Counted from the first letter of the stretch, positions 1 through 12,126 are shown. The stretch: 64,000 nucleotides of DNA from Octopus vulgaris (GCA_951406725.2 OX597827.1:45942001-46006000), one strand, 5' to 3'. Notes: generated from the letters alone by a model not told the origin. Translations and numbers: made by a program.

Positions 1-229
1 AGATGAAGACAAACATCCGTCGAAAGTGAATAATGTACTAGATTGAAAGTCTTTCTTTTTGTGCCCTCAATGAGCACTGTTCCAGTGGCTTTGTAATCTT
101 TGGGGGGAATCATTAGAGATTGTTTATCCATTGAGATGCTATCCAACTGTGTCATTCCTAACTGCCTCGGGGCTCACCATATAACAGTACAGTGTCCCAA
201 AGGTGACTGAGCCAAGACTCACCATGATT

Positions 230-345
230 GTCAATATCTTTGACAACAACCCTTACACTACATCAACCCATGTATTTCAGATCTAGTACATGGACCAACA
301 TGTGAAATACCAGCTCAGCCTGCCTCTTCAATCCATTCTGTTTTA
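230..345 (-). pseudogene. Possible highly degraded RTE-like LINE reverse transcriptase C-terminal remnant
   Basis: Minus strand reads ...RGRLSWY..(H)V...TWVDVV, resembling the RTE RRLRWYGHV and W.D.V motifs; stops and frameshifts are present. Confidence 0.3.
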
Positions 346-979
346 AAAAAAACCAGGCACAGAGTTCTTAAACTCTTCCTTCAACTGACACACGGAAATA
401 TCACCCCACACACTGACCAAGCCTACTTGTAATTGTGGTTTTTCAATTCTGCTTTTGGCAATGCTTAGATAGTTAACCTTTCATTAGTCTTGGTTTTGAA
501 TAAAAAAATAAAATAATAAAATAAAAAAAAAACTCTGGCAAACATCTACCTTACTTGGTTACAAAATTCTGCCAAGCAGATGTTGCCTTGGCTGGTTGAT
601 TCATGTTCAAAATCTGCTCATTGTTAACACCACAGCATAATTTGATTTGTTTTCTATTTTTATTCATTTGCACATTCTTTACAGAATGCGTTTCCATTCA
701 AATTTGTGGGAAGGGTGTCCTCTACTGCTCCAGTATGTGCAGCAATATTGAAAAGAGTTGGAAACATACAAAAACGAAATTAAATATGTTTACAAAAAAA
801 AATTCTTTTGCTCTCACCCCCACCCCCTTACAAATTAGGGTATTTGTAAGGTTCCATGCTTCATAGATGTATCCCTAGGAAGAAAGATCTTCTTTCAGGT
901 AAACATGGCATAAATATCCAATTCCATCAAAATAAAACAACACATGTCAACTTATGACAAACACAAATAATAATAATAA

Positions 980-1180
980 ACTGGGCCCCACCTGCAAGGT
1001 CATGTGCTGTTTATCTTGATATGAGATCACCATGTCGAGCACATATGGTTGTGATGCATGTGCCTGGTGTACCCTTATCAGACGGGTAGTCATGATGGGT
1101 ATATTAGGCTTTGTATATTTTACCCCAGTGTCACTTTGATGGCATGAACTGCTCTCTCACTCAATAATAATAATAATAAT
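980..1180 (+). mobile_element. 5'-truncated retroposon 3' end with (AAT)n tail
   Basis: Unique-looking segment of about 185 bp ending ctctcactc-aataataataataat, with (AAT)n on both sides. Confidence 0.4.
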
Positions 1181-1182
1181 GA

Positions 1183-1391
1183 TACTCTTTTACTTGTTTC
1201 AGTCATTTGACTGCGGCCATGCTGGAGCACAACTTTTAGTCAAGCAAACTGACCCCAGGACTTATTCTTTGGAAGCCTAGTACTTATTCTATCAGTCTCT
1301 TTTGCCGAACTGCTAAGTTACGGGGACCTAAACACATCAGCATCGGTTGTCAAGTGATGTTGGGGGGACAAACACAGACATGCAAACATAT

Positions 1392-1424
<33 letters not shown>

Positions 1425-1601
1425 AACATACATATATACGATGGGCTTCTTTCAGTTTCCGTCTACTAAATACACTGACAAGGCTTTGGTTGGCCTGAGG
1501 CTATAGTAGAAGACACTTGCCCAAGGTGCCACGCAATGGGACTGAACCCAGAACTATGTGGTTGGTAAGCAAGCTACTTACCACACAGCCACTCTTATGC
1601 C
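1183..1601 (-). mobile_element. SINE family A (tRNA-derived head, CORE-like segment, internal CA/TA microsatellite), full length
   Basis: Reverse complement starts ggcataagagtggctgtgtggtaag (A box), has gggttcagtccc (B box) and ccttgggcaagtgtctt (CORE-like), and ends gactgaaacaagtaaaagagta. Many homologous copies in the window. Confidence 0.85.
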
Positions 1602-1711
1602 TATTAAAAAATAGGTTGCTCTAAAGTAGAGAGCAATGCCCATATGTGTTAGAAAGATCAATTGATCTCTTCTGTCCTTGTCAAGGACATCTCTTCTTTT
1701 TTGCAACACAA

Positions 1712-1754
<43 letters not shown>

Positions 1755-1756
<2 letters not shown>

Positions 1757-2425
1757 TTTTCTAGCTTTAGCACAAAACCACAAATTTAGGGTGAAGGACA
1801 TAGCCAAATCAACCCCAGTAAGTGACTATATAAAAGGCAAAGTTGACTTGAACAGGATTTGAACTCAGAACTTAATGGGCAGTAGCTAAAAACTGCAAGA
1901 GATTTTGTCCAATGCTTTAACTACTAATTTGCCATTCTTATTAATAACTGCTTCTGAGGTGGCGTGCTGGCAGAATTGTTAGCACGCTGGACAGAATGCT
2001 TAGTGGTATTCTGCCCGTCACTACACTCTGAGTTCAAATTCAGCTGGCGTTAGTTTTGCCTTTCATCCTTTTGGGGTCGATGTGATTGACAAGACCCCCT
2101 CCCCCAAATTTCAGGCCTTGTACCTATTGAAGAAAGGATTAATAATTGCTTTTAATTCATCGTTATAATTAATAATTGCATTTAATTTAAATTGACATTA
2201 ATTTAGACATAAGGTTAGCAATTTTGAGTAAGGAGTAGATTAAACAATTACATCAACCCAAGTATTTGACTAACATTTAATTTAATGACCCCTCCATACC
2301 CCAATCGCCAAGAGGGATGAAAGGCAAAATTGAACTACAGCAAATGATATAAAAAACAGGAAGAAAATCTGTGAGGCATTTTTCTCGACACTCTAAATGA
2401 TTCTGCAAATCCACCACCCCGCCAC
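1755..2425. mobile_element. Cluster of three SINE family B (Meta-domain) copies in -, +, - orientation
   Basis: Contain gagttcaaat (B box) and the gcctttcatccttttggggtcga core; the copy at about 1956-2140 is the best preserved. Confidence 0.75.
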
Positions 2426-2719
2426 CCTAAATTCGGAGAAGTCTTGTACTGCAAGTAGCTCCAATTCAAAACAGTGTTTACTGATTAATATTGTACAACA
2501 GGAATTAAGCACCCAAACACACTTTGGTGCAACAAAACAAAGTTCAACATCATTTTAGAAAGAACTTCCTGTTCTCACCATGTGCACCTATTTTTTTGCT
2601 TTATATCGAGTGAATTTTTCTGGCTATTTCTTCTGATTTTCAAGTACAATGGCAGTTAATATCTCAAGTGGTGAGATTAGAATCTTGGTGATATTATTTA
2701 TCAATGTCCAATTTATAAA

Positions 2720-3425
2720 CTTTTATCTTTTACTTGTTTCAGTCATTGAACTGTGACCATGCTGGGGCTCTGCCTTGATGGGGTTTGGTCGAACAAATTG
2801 CCCACCCCACACCCAGTACTTAATTTTTTGCTTCAGTCAGATATTTATTCCCTCAGTCTCTTTTGCCAAACAGCTAAACCAGGGTTAGCCAACCTGAGGC
2901 CTGCAAGCTGCAGACTTTTATCTTGCAGCCTGCTTGATACTTTTTTGAAATGGGTTTATTTAAACAAACATTTCTAAAATTTTTATCAAAAATTAAAGAT
3001 TGTAACGTAAAGTAAAAAAGAAAGATACTACTGTTTTTGCAATGATAATATCTCATATTGAATCAACAATCATTCATTATTGTAATAATAGCATGAGAAA
3101 ATAAAATGCTTTCAATTCTGTCAGTATACAAGTGATCCTCAAAAATCTTTCTCTGATTAAAGTGGCCCACAATATAATTTGAGTTGGCCAGGCCTAAGCT
3201 AAACAAACCAACACCAGTTGCCAAGAAGTGGTAGGAGCAAACACACACACATACATACATGTGATGAGCTTCTTTAAGTTTCTGTCTACCAAATTCACTC
3301 ACAAGGCTGTGGTCAGCCTGGGCCTATGGTAGATGACACTTGCCCAAGGTGCCATGCTGTGGGACTGAACCCAAAACCAAGCGGCTGGGAAACAAACTTC
3401 TTACTGTGCAACCATGCCTGCGCCT
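2720..3425 (-). mobile_element. SINE family A copy split by a hAT MITE
   Basis: 3' part at 2720-2879 and 5' part at 3197-3425 are collinear with other family A copies. Confidence 0.8.
2880..3196. mobile_element. hAT-type MITE (317 bp) with 8-bp target-site duplication
   Basis: Imperfect TIRs cagggttagccaac / gttggccaggccta; direct repeat agctaaac at 2872-2879 and 3197-3204. An 8-bp TSD with CAGG-type ends is typical of hAT. Confidence 0.8.
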
Positions 3426-4224
3426 ACGATTTAATTAGAAGAAGAGAGATTGGACTCGCAGAAAATAATTAGACTGATATTCCCGTGTCACCTGAACCAG
3501 CTTTCTGAGTAATAATTGGGGTTCACTGATTATGAGCAGGAATGCAGGTATTATATAATTGATCGATGTTTTCGTTAATGAACTAAAAGATTTAAAAACA
3601 AAAAAAATTTACTGATGCATTTTTAAATGTAGTTTTTGCTTGCCACTGCGTTTACAAACACAGAATGACTGTTGTAATAAGAGGAACTAACACTAATTCA
3701 CTGAGCCTTGTAAAACCCCTGAATGGAGGGTAAGGTTTATCTTAAAATGCCTTTTACCAATAGAGTTTTATTGCATAAAAGTTACAGAGAGTAACTGGAA
3801 CAGAAATTCATCTCTGATGTAGGAAATAGGAAATAGACACCCAAGAATTGATATCTTGTAAATATATGTGGAAAAAACAAAAACCTTACGAGTAGTTAAC
3901 ATACTTGTAATCAGCTAGAAGAGCAGATGAGAGCAACATGACAACATAACATGATAACAGATAAAATTCAACAGCATAAAAACAACATTCACAGGGAAAC
4001 CTTAACATATGGTATTCCTTATTCTTTTACTTACTTCAGTCACTGAACTGTGGCTATGCTGGGGCACCACTTTAAAGGGTTTAGTTGAACAAACTACCTC
4101 CAGTACTTATTTTATCAATCTCTTTATTCTGAACCACTAAGTTACAGGGATATAAACACATCTATAGTAAACACACACAGTGCATATATATGTATGTGAA
4201 TATACATATATACACACACACATA

Positions 4225-4410
4225 TCACCATCATTGTTTAACGCCTGCCTTCAATGCTGGCATGGGTTAGACAGCTTGACAGGAGCCAGGTAGAAGACCA
4301 CCTAGTAGTGTGAACTGAGTGCTTTTTACATGGCACCAGCACAGGTGAGGTCAGTTTTTGGCATGATCTTTACAGTTGGGTGCCTTTCCAAATGCCAACC
4401 ACTTCACAGG
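4225..4410 (-). mobile_element. SINE-like family C copy, degenerate
   Basis: tgctggcatgggttagacag...gggtgcctttccaaatgccaaccact matches other family C copies. Confidence 0.6.
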
Positions 4411-5086
4411 AAAAAAAACAATAAAAGTCAATTAGATGTACACAGTGAATATTAGACTGACACTCTGAAAGTTTTAGATAGAAAAATAGGAGTGGAAACG
4501 ATGTTTAGAGCATGGTCCTTCACTGGAAAGAGGAAAAAAATTTTGAGAGGAGGAACACACATACACACAAGCACACACATGTCCAAACACACACACACAT
4601 GCATGCACATACACACATGCATGTACACACACATACATGCATGCACGCATGCACACACAATATGGGCTTCCACAGTCTCTGCCAACTAAATTCATTCACA
4701 TTGGTCAACCCAGCATGACAAGCAGATGTTAAACGATGATGATGGTCGTTGTCATCGTCATTATCATCTGCCTTGCATGCTAGCATGGGTGGGACAACTC
4801 ATTTCACAAAGATACTTGCCCAAGGTGCCATGCAGTGAGACTGAACTCAGAACCATGTGGTTACAAAGCGAACATCTTAACCACCCAACCATATGCTTAA
4901 TAAGCATAGCGTACATGGGTAGTATAAAAAATTGTTAATGCCTGACTGCCAACCTTGTCATGCTCATTGACCATTACATATGCTTATCATTTGTCACAAT
5001 GGTGTTTACATTTACTATAAAGTAGCTCAGTGCTTCTGTAACTTAGGCAGATTGAAAGAGGAGATAACTAATCCCAGAGGATTATA

Positions 5087-5755
5087 TATTCTTTTCTACT
5101 CTAGGCACAAGGCCTGAAATTTTGAGGGAGGGGACCAATCGATTAGATTGACCCCAGTACGCGACTGGTACTTAATTTATTGGCCCTGAAAGGATGAAAG
5201 GCAACATTGACCTCGGCAGAATTTGAATTCAGAACGTAAAGACAGACAAAATACTGCTAAGCATTTCACCCAGCGTGCTAAAATTTCTGCCAGCTCACCA
5301 CCCTAAATAATCTATTCTACTCTAGGCACAAGGCCTGAAATTTTGGGGGAGGGGACCAATCGATTAGAGTGACCCCAGTATGCAACTGGTACTTAATTTA
5401 TCGACCCCCAAAAGGATGAAAGGCAAAGTCGATCATGGCAGAATTTGTACTCAGAACACAAAGACAGATGAAATACCTATTTCTTTATTACCCACAAGGG
5501 GTTAAACATAGAGGGGACAAACAAGGACAGACATAGGTATTAAGTCGATTACATCGACCCCGGTGTGTAACTGGTACTTAATTTATCGACCTCGAAAGGA
5601 TGAAAGGTAAAGTCGACCTCGGCGGAATTTGAACTCACAACGCAACGGCAAACGAAATACCGCTAAGCATTTTGCCCGGTGCGCTAAGCATTTCGCCTGG
5701 CAAAACCACTAAGCATTTTGTCCGGCATGCTAATGTTTCTGCCAACCCGCTGCCT
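5087..5755 (-). mobile_element. Cluster of three SINE family B units (monomer plus dimer)
   Basis: Repeated aaggatgaaaggcaaagtcga and aatttgaactcagaac cores at about 5087-5303, 5312-5478 and 5479-5755. Confidence 0.85.
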
Positions 5756-5789
5756 GCAGAGGACTATATAATGTAAGACAAAACTAGTT

Positions 5790-5960
5790 GGTTCATCCTC
5801 ATCTCAAGCTGCTGAGATACGTAAGCGTTTCATTTATTTGATTCCTCATACTGTTAGCAGAATGCAGTTGGCATTATCTTGTTGAAACCACATTTCGTGT
5901 TGTTCTGAAGAAGGATTGTCATCTGATTAATGGATATGAAAGGACTGCAGCAAAAATATT
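5790..5960 (-). pseudogene. Tc1/mariner-superfamily transposase remnant
   Basis: Minus strand 5890-5870 encodes WFQQDNA (second catalytic Asp motif), followed by a frameshifted H-S-A. Confidence 0.5.
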
Positions 5961-6181
5961 GTGTGAGTGTGTGTGTTTTTTTAAGTTGAAGATTAAACCT
6001 TTTGCTTCAAATTTCGAAAATAATGAAGAATTCAGTAAAGTGGCTTTTGTCATTATGAACCTGGTGACTGGAACATAATTTAACACAAAATTTTGATGGT
6101 AGTTCTCAAATTAGATCATTTGAAAAAGGAAAGGCTTTATTGTACATAGACACAACAATGGCTTCACACACATACACAAAC

Positions 6182-6227
<46 letters not shown>

Positions 6228-6336
6228 ATGAGCATGTGTACATGTAAATATGCACACACTCACACACAAACATACACAAACACACACATTCCAAAGTACA
6301 GAAACGTCGAAAGATAAAGCAAATCAAAATACCTAC

Positions 6337-6448
6337 TTCTTATGCTGTATAGCTGAGCAGTAAGAATGAAAACCTCCACGTCGTCAAAATAAATTAGTCA
6401 CACCAAACCCGTGGTTATAATCAATAAAAATAATAGACTCTTCCTTAC
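6337..6448 (-). other. Candidate non-coding exon of a minus-strand host gene; acceptor is a composite 3'/5' (recursive-type) splice site
   Basis: Polypyrimidine tract ttgttttctttttttcttttACAG then GTAAGG at 6448; downstream donors AA|gtaggt (6336) or TAG|gtattt (6332); non-repetitive sequence; stops in all three frames. Confidence 0.55.
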
Positions 6449-6721
6449 CTGTAAAAGAAAAAAAGAAAACAAAGATAAATCAATATTTCATGTGAAAATG
6501 TGAGTATTAAGAAATTGTTGTCTTTAATTCATTTTTAAACTGCAACAATTAAAAGTTATAACAATACAAGTTGTCATTGTTGTCATAGTAGTAGCATTTT
6601 TTTTTCCTTAATATTCATTTCAAATTTTGGCACAAGGCCAGTAATTTCAGGGGCGAGCACTTGCAGAAAATACCAGTTCTGTTTTGGGGTAGGTATTTAA
6701 CATCAGGTGGCGTGTTGTCTC

Positions 6722-7087
6722 CTTATTTCTTATTTCTTTATTGCCCACAAGGAGCTAAGCACAGAGGGGACAAAAAGGACAGACAAACGGATTAAGTCGA
6801 TTACATCGACCCCAGTGTGTAACTGGTACTTATTTAATTGACCCCAAATGGATGAAAGGCTAAGTCGATCTCAGCAGAATTTGAACTCAGAGTGGCAGAT
6901 GAAATACCTATTTCTTTACTACCTACAAGGGGTTAAACACAGAGGGGACAAACAAGGACAGACAAAGGAATTAAGTCTGTTACATCGACCCCAGTGCATA
7001 ACTGGTACTTATTTAATCGACCTCGGCAGAATTTGAACTCAGAATGTAGCGGCAGATGAAATACCGCTAAGCATTTCGCTCAGCATG
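6722..7087 (-). mobile_element. Dimeric SINE family B
   Basis: Two Meta-domain units joined at gatgaaatacc-tatttcttta (about 6898-6920). Confidence 0.8.
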
Positions 7088-7089
7088 CT

Positions 7090-7340
7090 AACGTTTCTGC
7101 CAGCTCATGTGTTGTCTCCTTGACCAAAATGCTTTGTTTTGCATTACTCCAGTCCAGTTGTACCTGTAATTAAAATGGACCAGCCTTGTCATTCTGTATC
7201 ATGCTGAATCTCCCTGAGAACTACGTTAAGGGTATGTGTGTCTGTAGAATACTCAGCCACTTACATGTTAATTCCATGAGTAGGCTGATCCATTGATCAG
7301 ATCAACTGGAACCTTCACTGTTGAAAGTGATTGAGCACCA
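7090..7340 (+). mobile_element. SINE family D (OR-like), partial
   Basis: gctgaatctccctgagaactacgttaagggt...gatcagatcaactggaacc is shared with the full copy at 56507-56880. Confidence 0.7.
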
Positions 7341-7604
7341 GCATTTAAGATCATCACTGAATAACCATGATATCTATTGTCTGGGGAGGGTCATTCTCTT
7401 TTAGTGCCTTATTATTTAACACACCCACTGGTTCGATTTCCACTCGTTTACTTATTCATTCTTTCTAAAATTTTCATTGTGTCTTGCAACCTTTTCAATA
7501 ATTGTTTCACAGTTAAAGGGTCAAAATACAAAAGCAATCATTACAAAGCAAATGAGTTCATCCCCTTACTGTTCGTCTGCCATTCCAAGAATGTCTCACA
7601 TTAA

Positions 7605-7798
7605 CCCTTTCGTTGCCGTATTTATTTTGAGATGCTCTGTGTTTCTTTCAATTACTTTAAATATAATAAAGAATTTAGTAGAATAATTTAGTTTTCATTA
7701 AGCTAGTGATAGGTACATAAACTGTGACTAAAGTTTGGTGGAAGATTTCAATTCAAAACTTATGAAAACAAGACATTTGTACTCAGAGCCAGAGCCAG
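7605..7798 (-). mobile_element. piggyBac-type MITE, truncated, inverted relative to 8760-8980
   Basis: Begins TTAA-ccctttcgttgc; reverse complement of the complete copy at 8760-8980. Confidence 0.75.
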
Positions 7799-8759
7799 TA
7801 GATGTGGAACACAGTTGAGCCAAAAGCACTGTATTATTGGTACTTATTGGTATGACCTCAGACATAAGAAACAAAGTTGTTATGTTTAGTACCAGGTCCA
7901 CAATGACTGAACAGATTTATGACTAAAGGTTTTTCAGTTATAATCATCCAGTCTTTTATTCAAACAGTGAATGCCAAAACAGACAATGGAGGCTGGTACA
8001 GCCCTCAGCCTTGCCCGCTCCTGTCAAAACATCCAACCCGTCCTAACATGGAAAAAAAGAGTAAAGACCCCCTTGAGTCATGAGATTGCACCTAGAAAGT
8101 TCCCATTTAGGGCACAAGTCTGGGCAAGGTTGTTTATGAAAGACCAGCAATCACCCATACATACCAGCCTCTCCTCTCCATGCCACCGATGTTATCCAAG
8201 GGAAAAGCAAAGGGGCCGATACAGCTTGGCACCAGTGACATCACAACTCATTTCTACAGCTGAATGAACTGGAGCAACGTGAAATAAAGTGTCTTGCTCA
8301 AGAACACAACACACAATCCAGTCTGGGAATCAAACTCACTATCTCATGATTGTAAGCCCATTGCTCTAACCACTGAACCATGCACCAACATGGAAAATGG
8401 CTGTTAAATGATGATGTGTCTCACATTTTAAAGATAAAGACTTTAATTCAAAACAATGTGAATAAATAAGCATTACATTTGACAGACTTATCTCAATGCT
8501 AAAGGGTTAATCACACATTATCTCATATCTTTCAAAGGTCAATGACATGATTGTTTTTAGAATGACATAGTAGGGTAGGTACAAGAGGCTGGATCTGGTT
8601 AGTTTGAACATAAAACAAACAGGTAGAATATTTGGGCCACATTTGGCCTGTTTAAATGTGAAAGGGTTAAAGATTTGATATGAGGTAATTTTGCCACATT
8701 GAGTGAACTATATAAAGGCTCTCTCATTGGTTCACAGATTCCCAATAGGAGCATTTTAA

Positions 8760-8980
8760 CCCTTTCGTTACCAACCCGGCTGAAACCGGCTCTGGCTCTG
8801 TAGTACAAATGCCTTGTTTTCATAAGTTTTGAATTAAAATCTTCCCCCAAACCTTAGTCACAATTTATGTTTCTAACACTAGCTGAATGATAACTAAGTT
8901 ATTTTACTAAATTCTTTGTTATATTTAAAGTAATTGAAAGAAATACAGAGCATCTCAAAATAAATACAGTAACGAAAGGG
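8760..8980 (+). mobile_element. piggyBac-type MITE (221 bp), complete
   Basis: TIRs ccctttcgttac / gtaacgaaaggg flanked by TTAA at 8756-8759 and 8981-8984. Further partial copies near 38428-38600 and 44690-45192. Confidence 0.85.
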
Positions 8981-9660
8981 TTAACTTGAAATGTAAAAGA
9001 AAGGGAGATAACCTAAGTGGGGATCAGTAACATACCACCCACTTTCAAAACATTACAATTTCTGGCCTTGGGTACATTTGAGTTTACTCTGCTGTGAAAA
9101 CTAGGAACATATTAAGAGAGCCCAGCCAATTTCTTCCTCCTTCACAATTTTGTTTGCATTTTCTTAATGTTTCACTTTATGTTCATTATAGCTATGTTAA
9201 AAATGGAGATTGATGAAGTCCTAACTGCCTAAGTGGGGGCAGAGACCTGCAAAAGCCTTTAGCATTGCCCTGCCCTTTACATCTGTTGGCTAACGTCATT
9301 TAAATACTCCACAATGCATTTGAGAGAAGAAGGGAGGAGGCCTGTCACCGTATCACACAAGCAGATTTAAAAGCAATCAATATAAATTATAACCTGCCTA
9401 ATAAATAGTTTGGCTTAATAAATCATTTTAAGAGAGAGTTTCAAAGTGGATATGGCTATAAATAATAACAGCAAGTAACATATTAAGTTGAGAAACCTTT
9501 AGATGGACATAAACATAAAAAAGAAAGATTGAAGGCTACTTACAGAGCATGAACCAACAACTTATGTAGCCAAAAGCCCACAAGTGACCAACTTTTTTTT
9601 TTTTTAACATCCAAAGGTACTTTTTAAATTCTTGGATGGAATTTATAATATGTTATTATT

Positions 9661-9860
9661 CGAGTGGGTACTGAAAAGTTCCAGGCTTTAAGGGTATTGT
9701 GAAAGCCTGGTTGGAGACCCAGCCTTCTGAGTTCTTTCTACAAGACTTAGAAAAACTGAAGGGCCGCTGTAATAACTGTGTGAATCTGAGAGGAGGAATA
9801 GTTAACTGGCCCTCCTGTATTTTCTTTCACCCAAAGCCAGGAACTTTTCAGCACCCCGTG
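9661..9860 (+). mobile_element. mariner-derived MITE retaining the transposase C-terminus, copy 1
   Basis: TIRs ..ctgaaaagttccaggcttt / aaagccaggaacttttcagcaccc; internal frame VKAWLETQPSEFFLQDLEKLKGRCNNCVNLRG resembles mariner C-termini. Confidence 0.8.
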
Positions 9861-9869
9861 TGTGTGTGT

Positions 9870-9919
<50 letters not shown>

Positions 9920-10067
9920 AAAAAATATATATAAAAATACAAAATAGGACAAGAACGCAAAACATTCAAATAGACGACACAAAAACAGACAGGTCACTCG
10001 AAGCCTCTAATCTTCAGTCAAGAACCGGATCATCCTCGCAATTTCGGCTGACACACACACACGCACA

Positions 10068-10265
10068 CAAGGGGATGCTGAAAAGTTTCTGGTTTTAAGG
10101 AAAGGCCTGGCTGGAGTTCCAACCTTCCGAGTTTTTCTACAGGGCTTAGGAAAAATGAAGGACCACTGTAATAAGTGTGAAAATCTGAGGGAGGAATATA
10201 TTGAATAAAACTAATCTTCCTGTATTTTCTTTTACCCAAAGCCAGGAACTTTTCAGCACCTCTCA
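10068..10265 (+). mobile_element. mariner-derived MITE, copy 2
   Basis: Same TIRs and internal sequence as 9661-9860, diverged; ends ...gcacctctca followed by TA. Confidence 0.8.
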
Positions 10266-11455
10266 TATATGCTTGTATCCACTTTGAGACTTGGCTTTTA
10301 AAGTAATTTATTTCTTCTCAAAGCCTCTACGTTTTCACAATGTAAACAAATAGCTTGTTTGATTGCTCCTTTTTTATTGAATGGAGAGGTGGCCCAACAG
10401 AAACAGACTTCAGGAGAAGAATAAAACAGTCATAAACAGTAAGTAGGTTTATACCCTTTCACACATAAGTGTTTTTAGACAGGTGGTGATATGAGGAGGA
10501 TATTGTTGGTGGAATAATAGCGATAGGGGGATAGAATGTTGGAGGGGGTGAGTTTTTTTTTCTTGGAGGGGGAGGGTAGTGGGCAGTGACAGAATGGCAG
10601 TGGTAGTGAAATGGTGGTGGTAGTGAAATGGTGTGAGGAAGTGTAATGGTGGTGATGGTGGAGGTGTACTGGTGGAATGGGATGGGATGTGGTGGTGGAA
10701 TGGGTAGGCGAGTGGCGTTGGCAGTGAAACTGCTGAGGAATGATGGTATAGTGGTGGTGTGTTTTAGTTTGGGGGGGGGGTGCTAGTTACATCCCCTCCC
10801 CCCACCACATTGCTCCATTTTAAAGTGTTCTTATTATCAAACATACAAAGGTTTTTTTGATAACACAAGCACAATGTTACAACATTTAGGGTGGAGGAAG
10901 GGAGCAGGAGTGGAGCCTATTGACTCTAGGACTCTAGTATGCAAGACTCATACTTATTTCATCTAGACTCTGACTCTTGACAGGTGAAAGACAAAGTCAA
11001 ATCTATCATCCATTGCCCTCAAAATAATAGTGATGATGATTCTAACATAAGCTCAAGCCTGAAACTTTTGATAAGAGGAAGCTTAGCCAATTAACTAAAT
11101 CACCCCAATACTTTATTAGTACTTTAGTTCTTCACCACCACCACCAGCAGTGGAAAAGGATGAAAGACAAGGTTGACTTTGGGAAGATTTGAACTCAGAA
11201 TATTTCAGAGACAAAATAACAAAAGAATAAAAATTAAAAAAAACCCTGCAAAACACATTCCTATTTGGTTAAGTCATCATCATCGTCTTAGTCAAGTGAA
11301 ACTTGAATGATGAAGTGAGGGTAGGGAGGGAAGTCTGGTACTATTCCATTCAGCCTCTTTTGCATGGCTGCTAAGTTACAGGGATGTAAACAAACCAACA
11401 CCAGTTATCAAGCAGTGGTGAGGGACAAACACACGTGCCCATATATATATATATA

Positions 11456-11748
11456 GGCGCAGGAGTGGCTGTGTGGTAAGTAGCCTGTTTACCAACCATA
11501 TGGTTCTGGGTTCAATCCCACTGCGTGGCACTTTGGGCAAGTGTCTTCTACTATAGCCTCAGGCTGACCAAAGCCTTGTGAGTAGATTTGGTAGATGGAA
11601 ACTGAAAGAAGCCTGTCATACATATATATATATGTGTGTGTGTGTCTGTGTTTGTCCCCCCAACATCGCTTGACCTGGGGTTGATTTGCTCGACTAAAAG
11701 GCGGTGCTCCAGCATGGCCGCAGTCAAATGAGTGAAACAAGTAAAACA
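11456..11748 (+). mobile_element. SINE family A with internal deletion
   Basis: Starts ggcgcaggagtggctgtgtggtaag and ends gtgaaacaagtaaaac. Confidence 0.85.
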
Positions 11749-11875
11749 AAAAATTTTTATATATATATATATAAAAATATATACATTTATCAATTTGTAT
11801 TGTAAGATTCCTGATGTGAAATCATGTGTTGAAACAGATTTTTGTATTTTGGGATGGTCATAATTTTTTTTTTAC

Positions 11876-12077
11876 TCACTCGTTTATTACTGTTCTTATT
11901 TAATCATTTTAACTCATGTCCAGAAATCTTTTGTCACACAAGAACAGAAAGTGGAGTGAGAACACACACAAAAACGAAAAGTGTCGCTGAAGAGGTCACA
12001 GATGTGTGGTGACGAAAGATTTCTGGACAATGAACATGAGTTAAAATAATAAAATAAGGACAGTAATAAATGAGTGA
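11876..12077 (+). mobile_element. Foldback element with degenerate hammerhead-like core (Penelope pLTR-like)
   Basis: Arm at about 11876-11937 is the reverse complement of about 12009-12077; CTGAAGA (11987)-g-gtcac...gtgac-GAAA (12014)-gatt-TC. Confidence 0.45.
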
Positions 12078-12079
12078 AG

Positions 12080-12125
<46 letters not shown>

Positions 12126-12126
12126 C

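Noticed and set aside
1-30. agatgaagac...gtcgaaag, a possible hammerhead half-core
   Set aside because: Cut by the window edge; the CUGA motif and stems I and III cannot be verified.
536-590. Imperfect hairpin ggcaaacatct...agatgttgcc
   Set aside because: Large asymmetric bulge and short stems; within chance expectation.
3500-3521. 22-mer complementary to miR-315 (sequence recalled from memory)
   Set aside because: Needs about seven G-U pairs, most in the seed region, and there is no hairpin partner arm; probably chance.
11805-11860. ctgatgtg...ttgaaac hammerhead-like motif
   Set aside because: Core reads CUGAUGU rather than CUGANGA, and no convincing stem II or GUH site.
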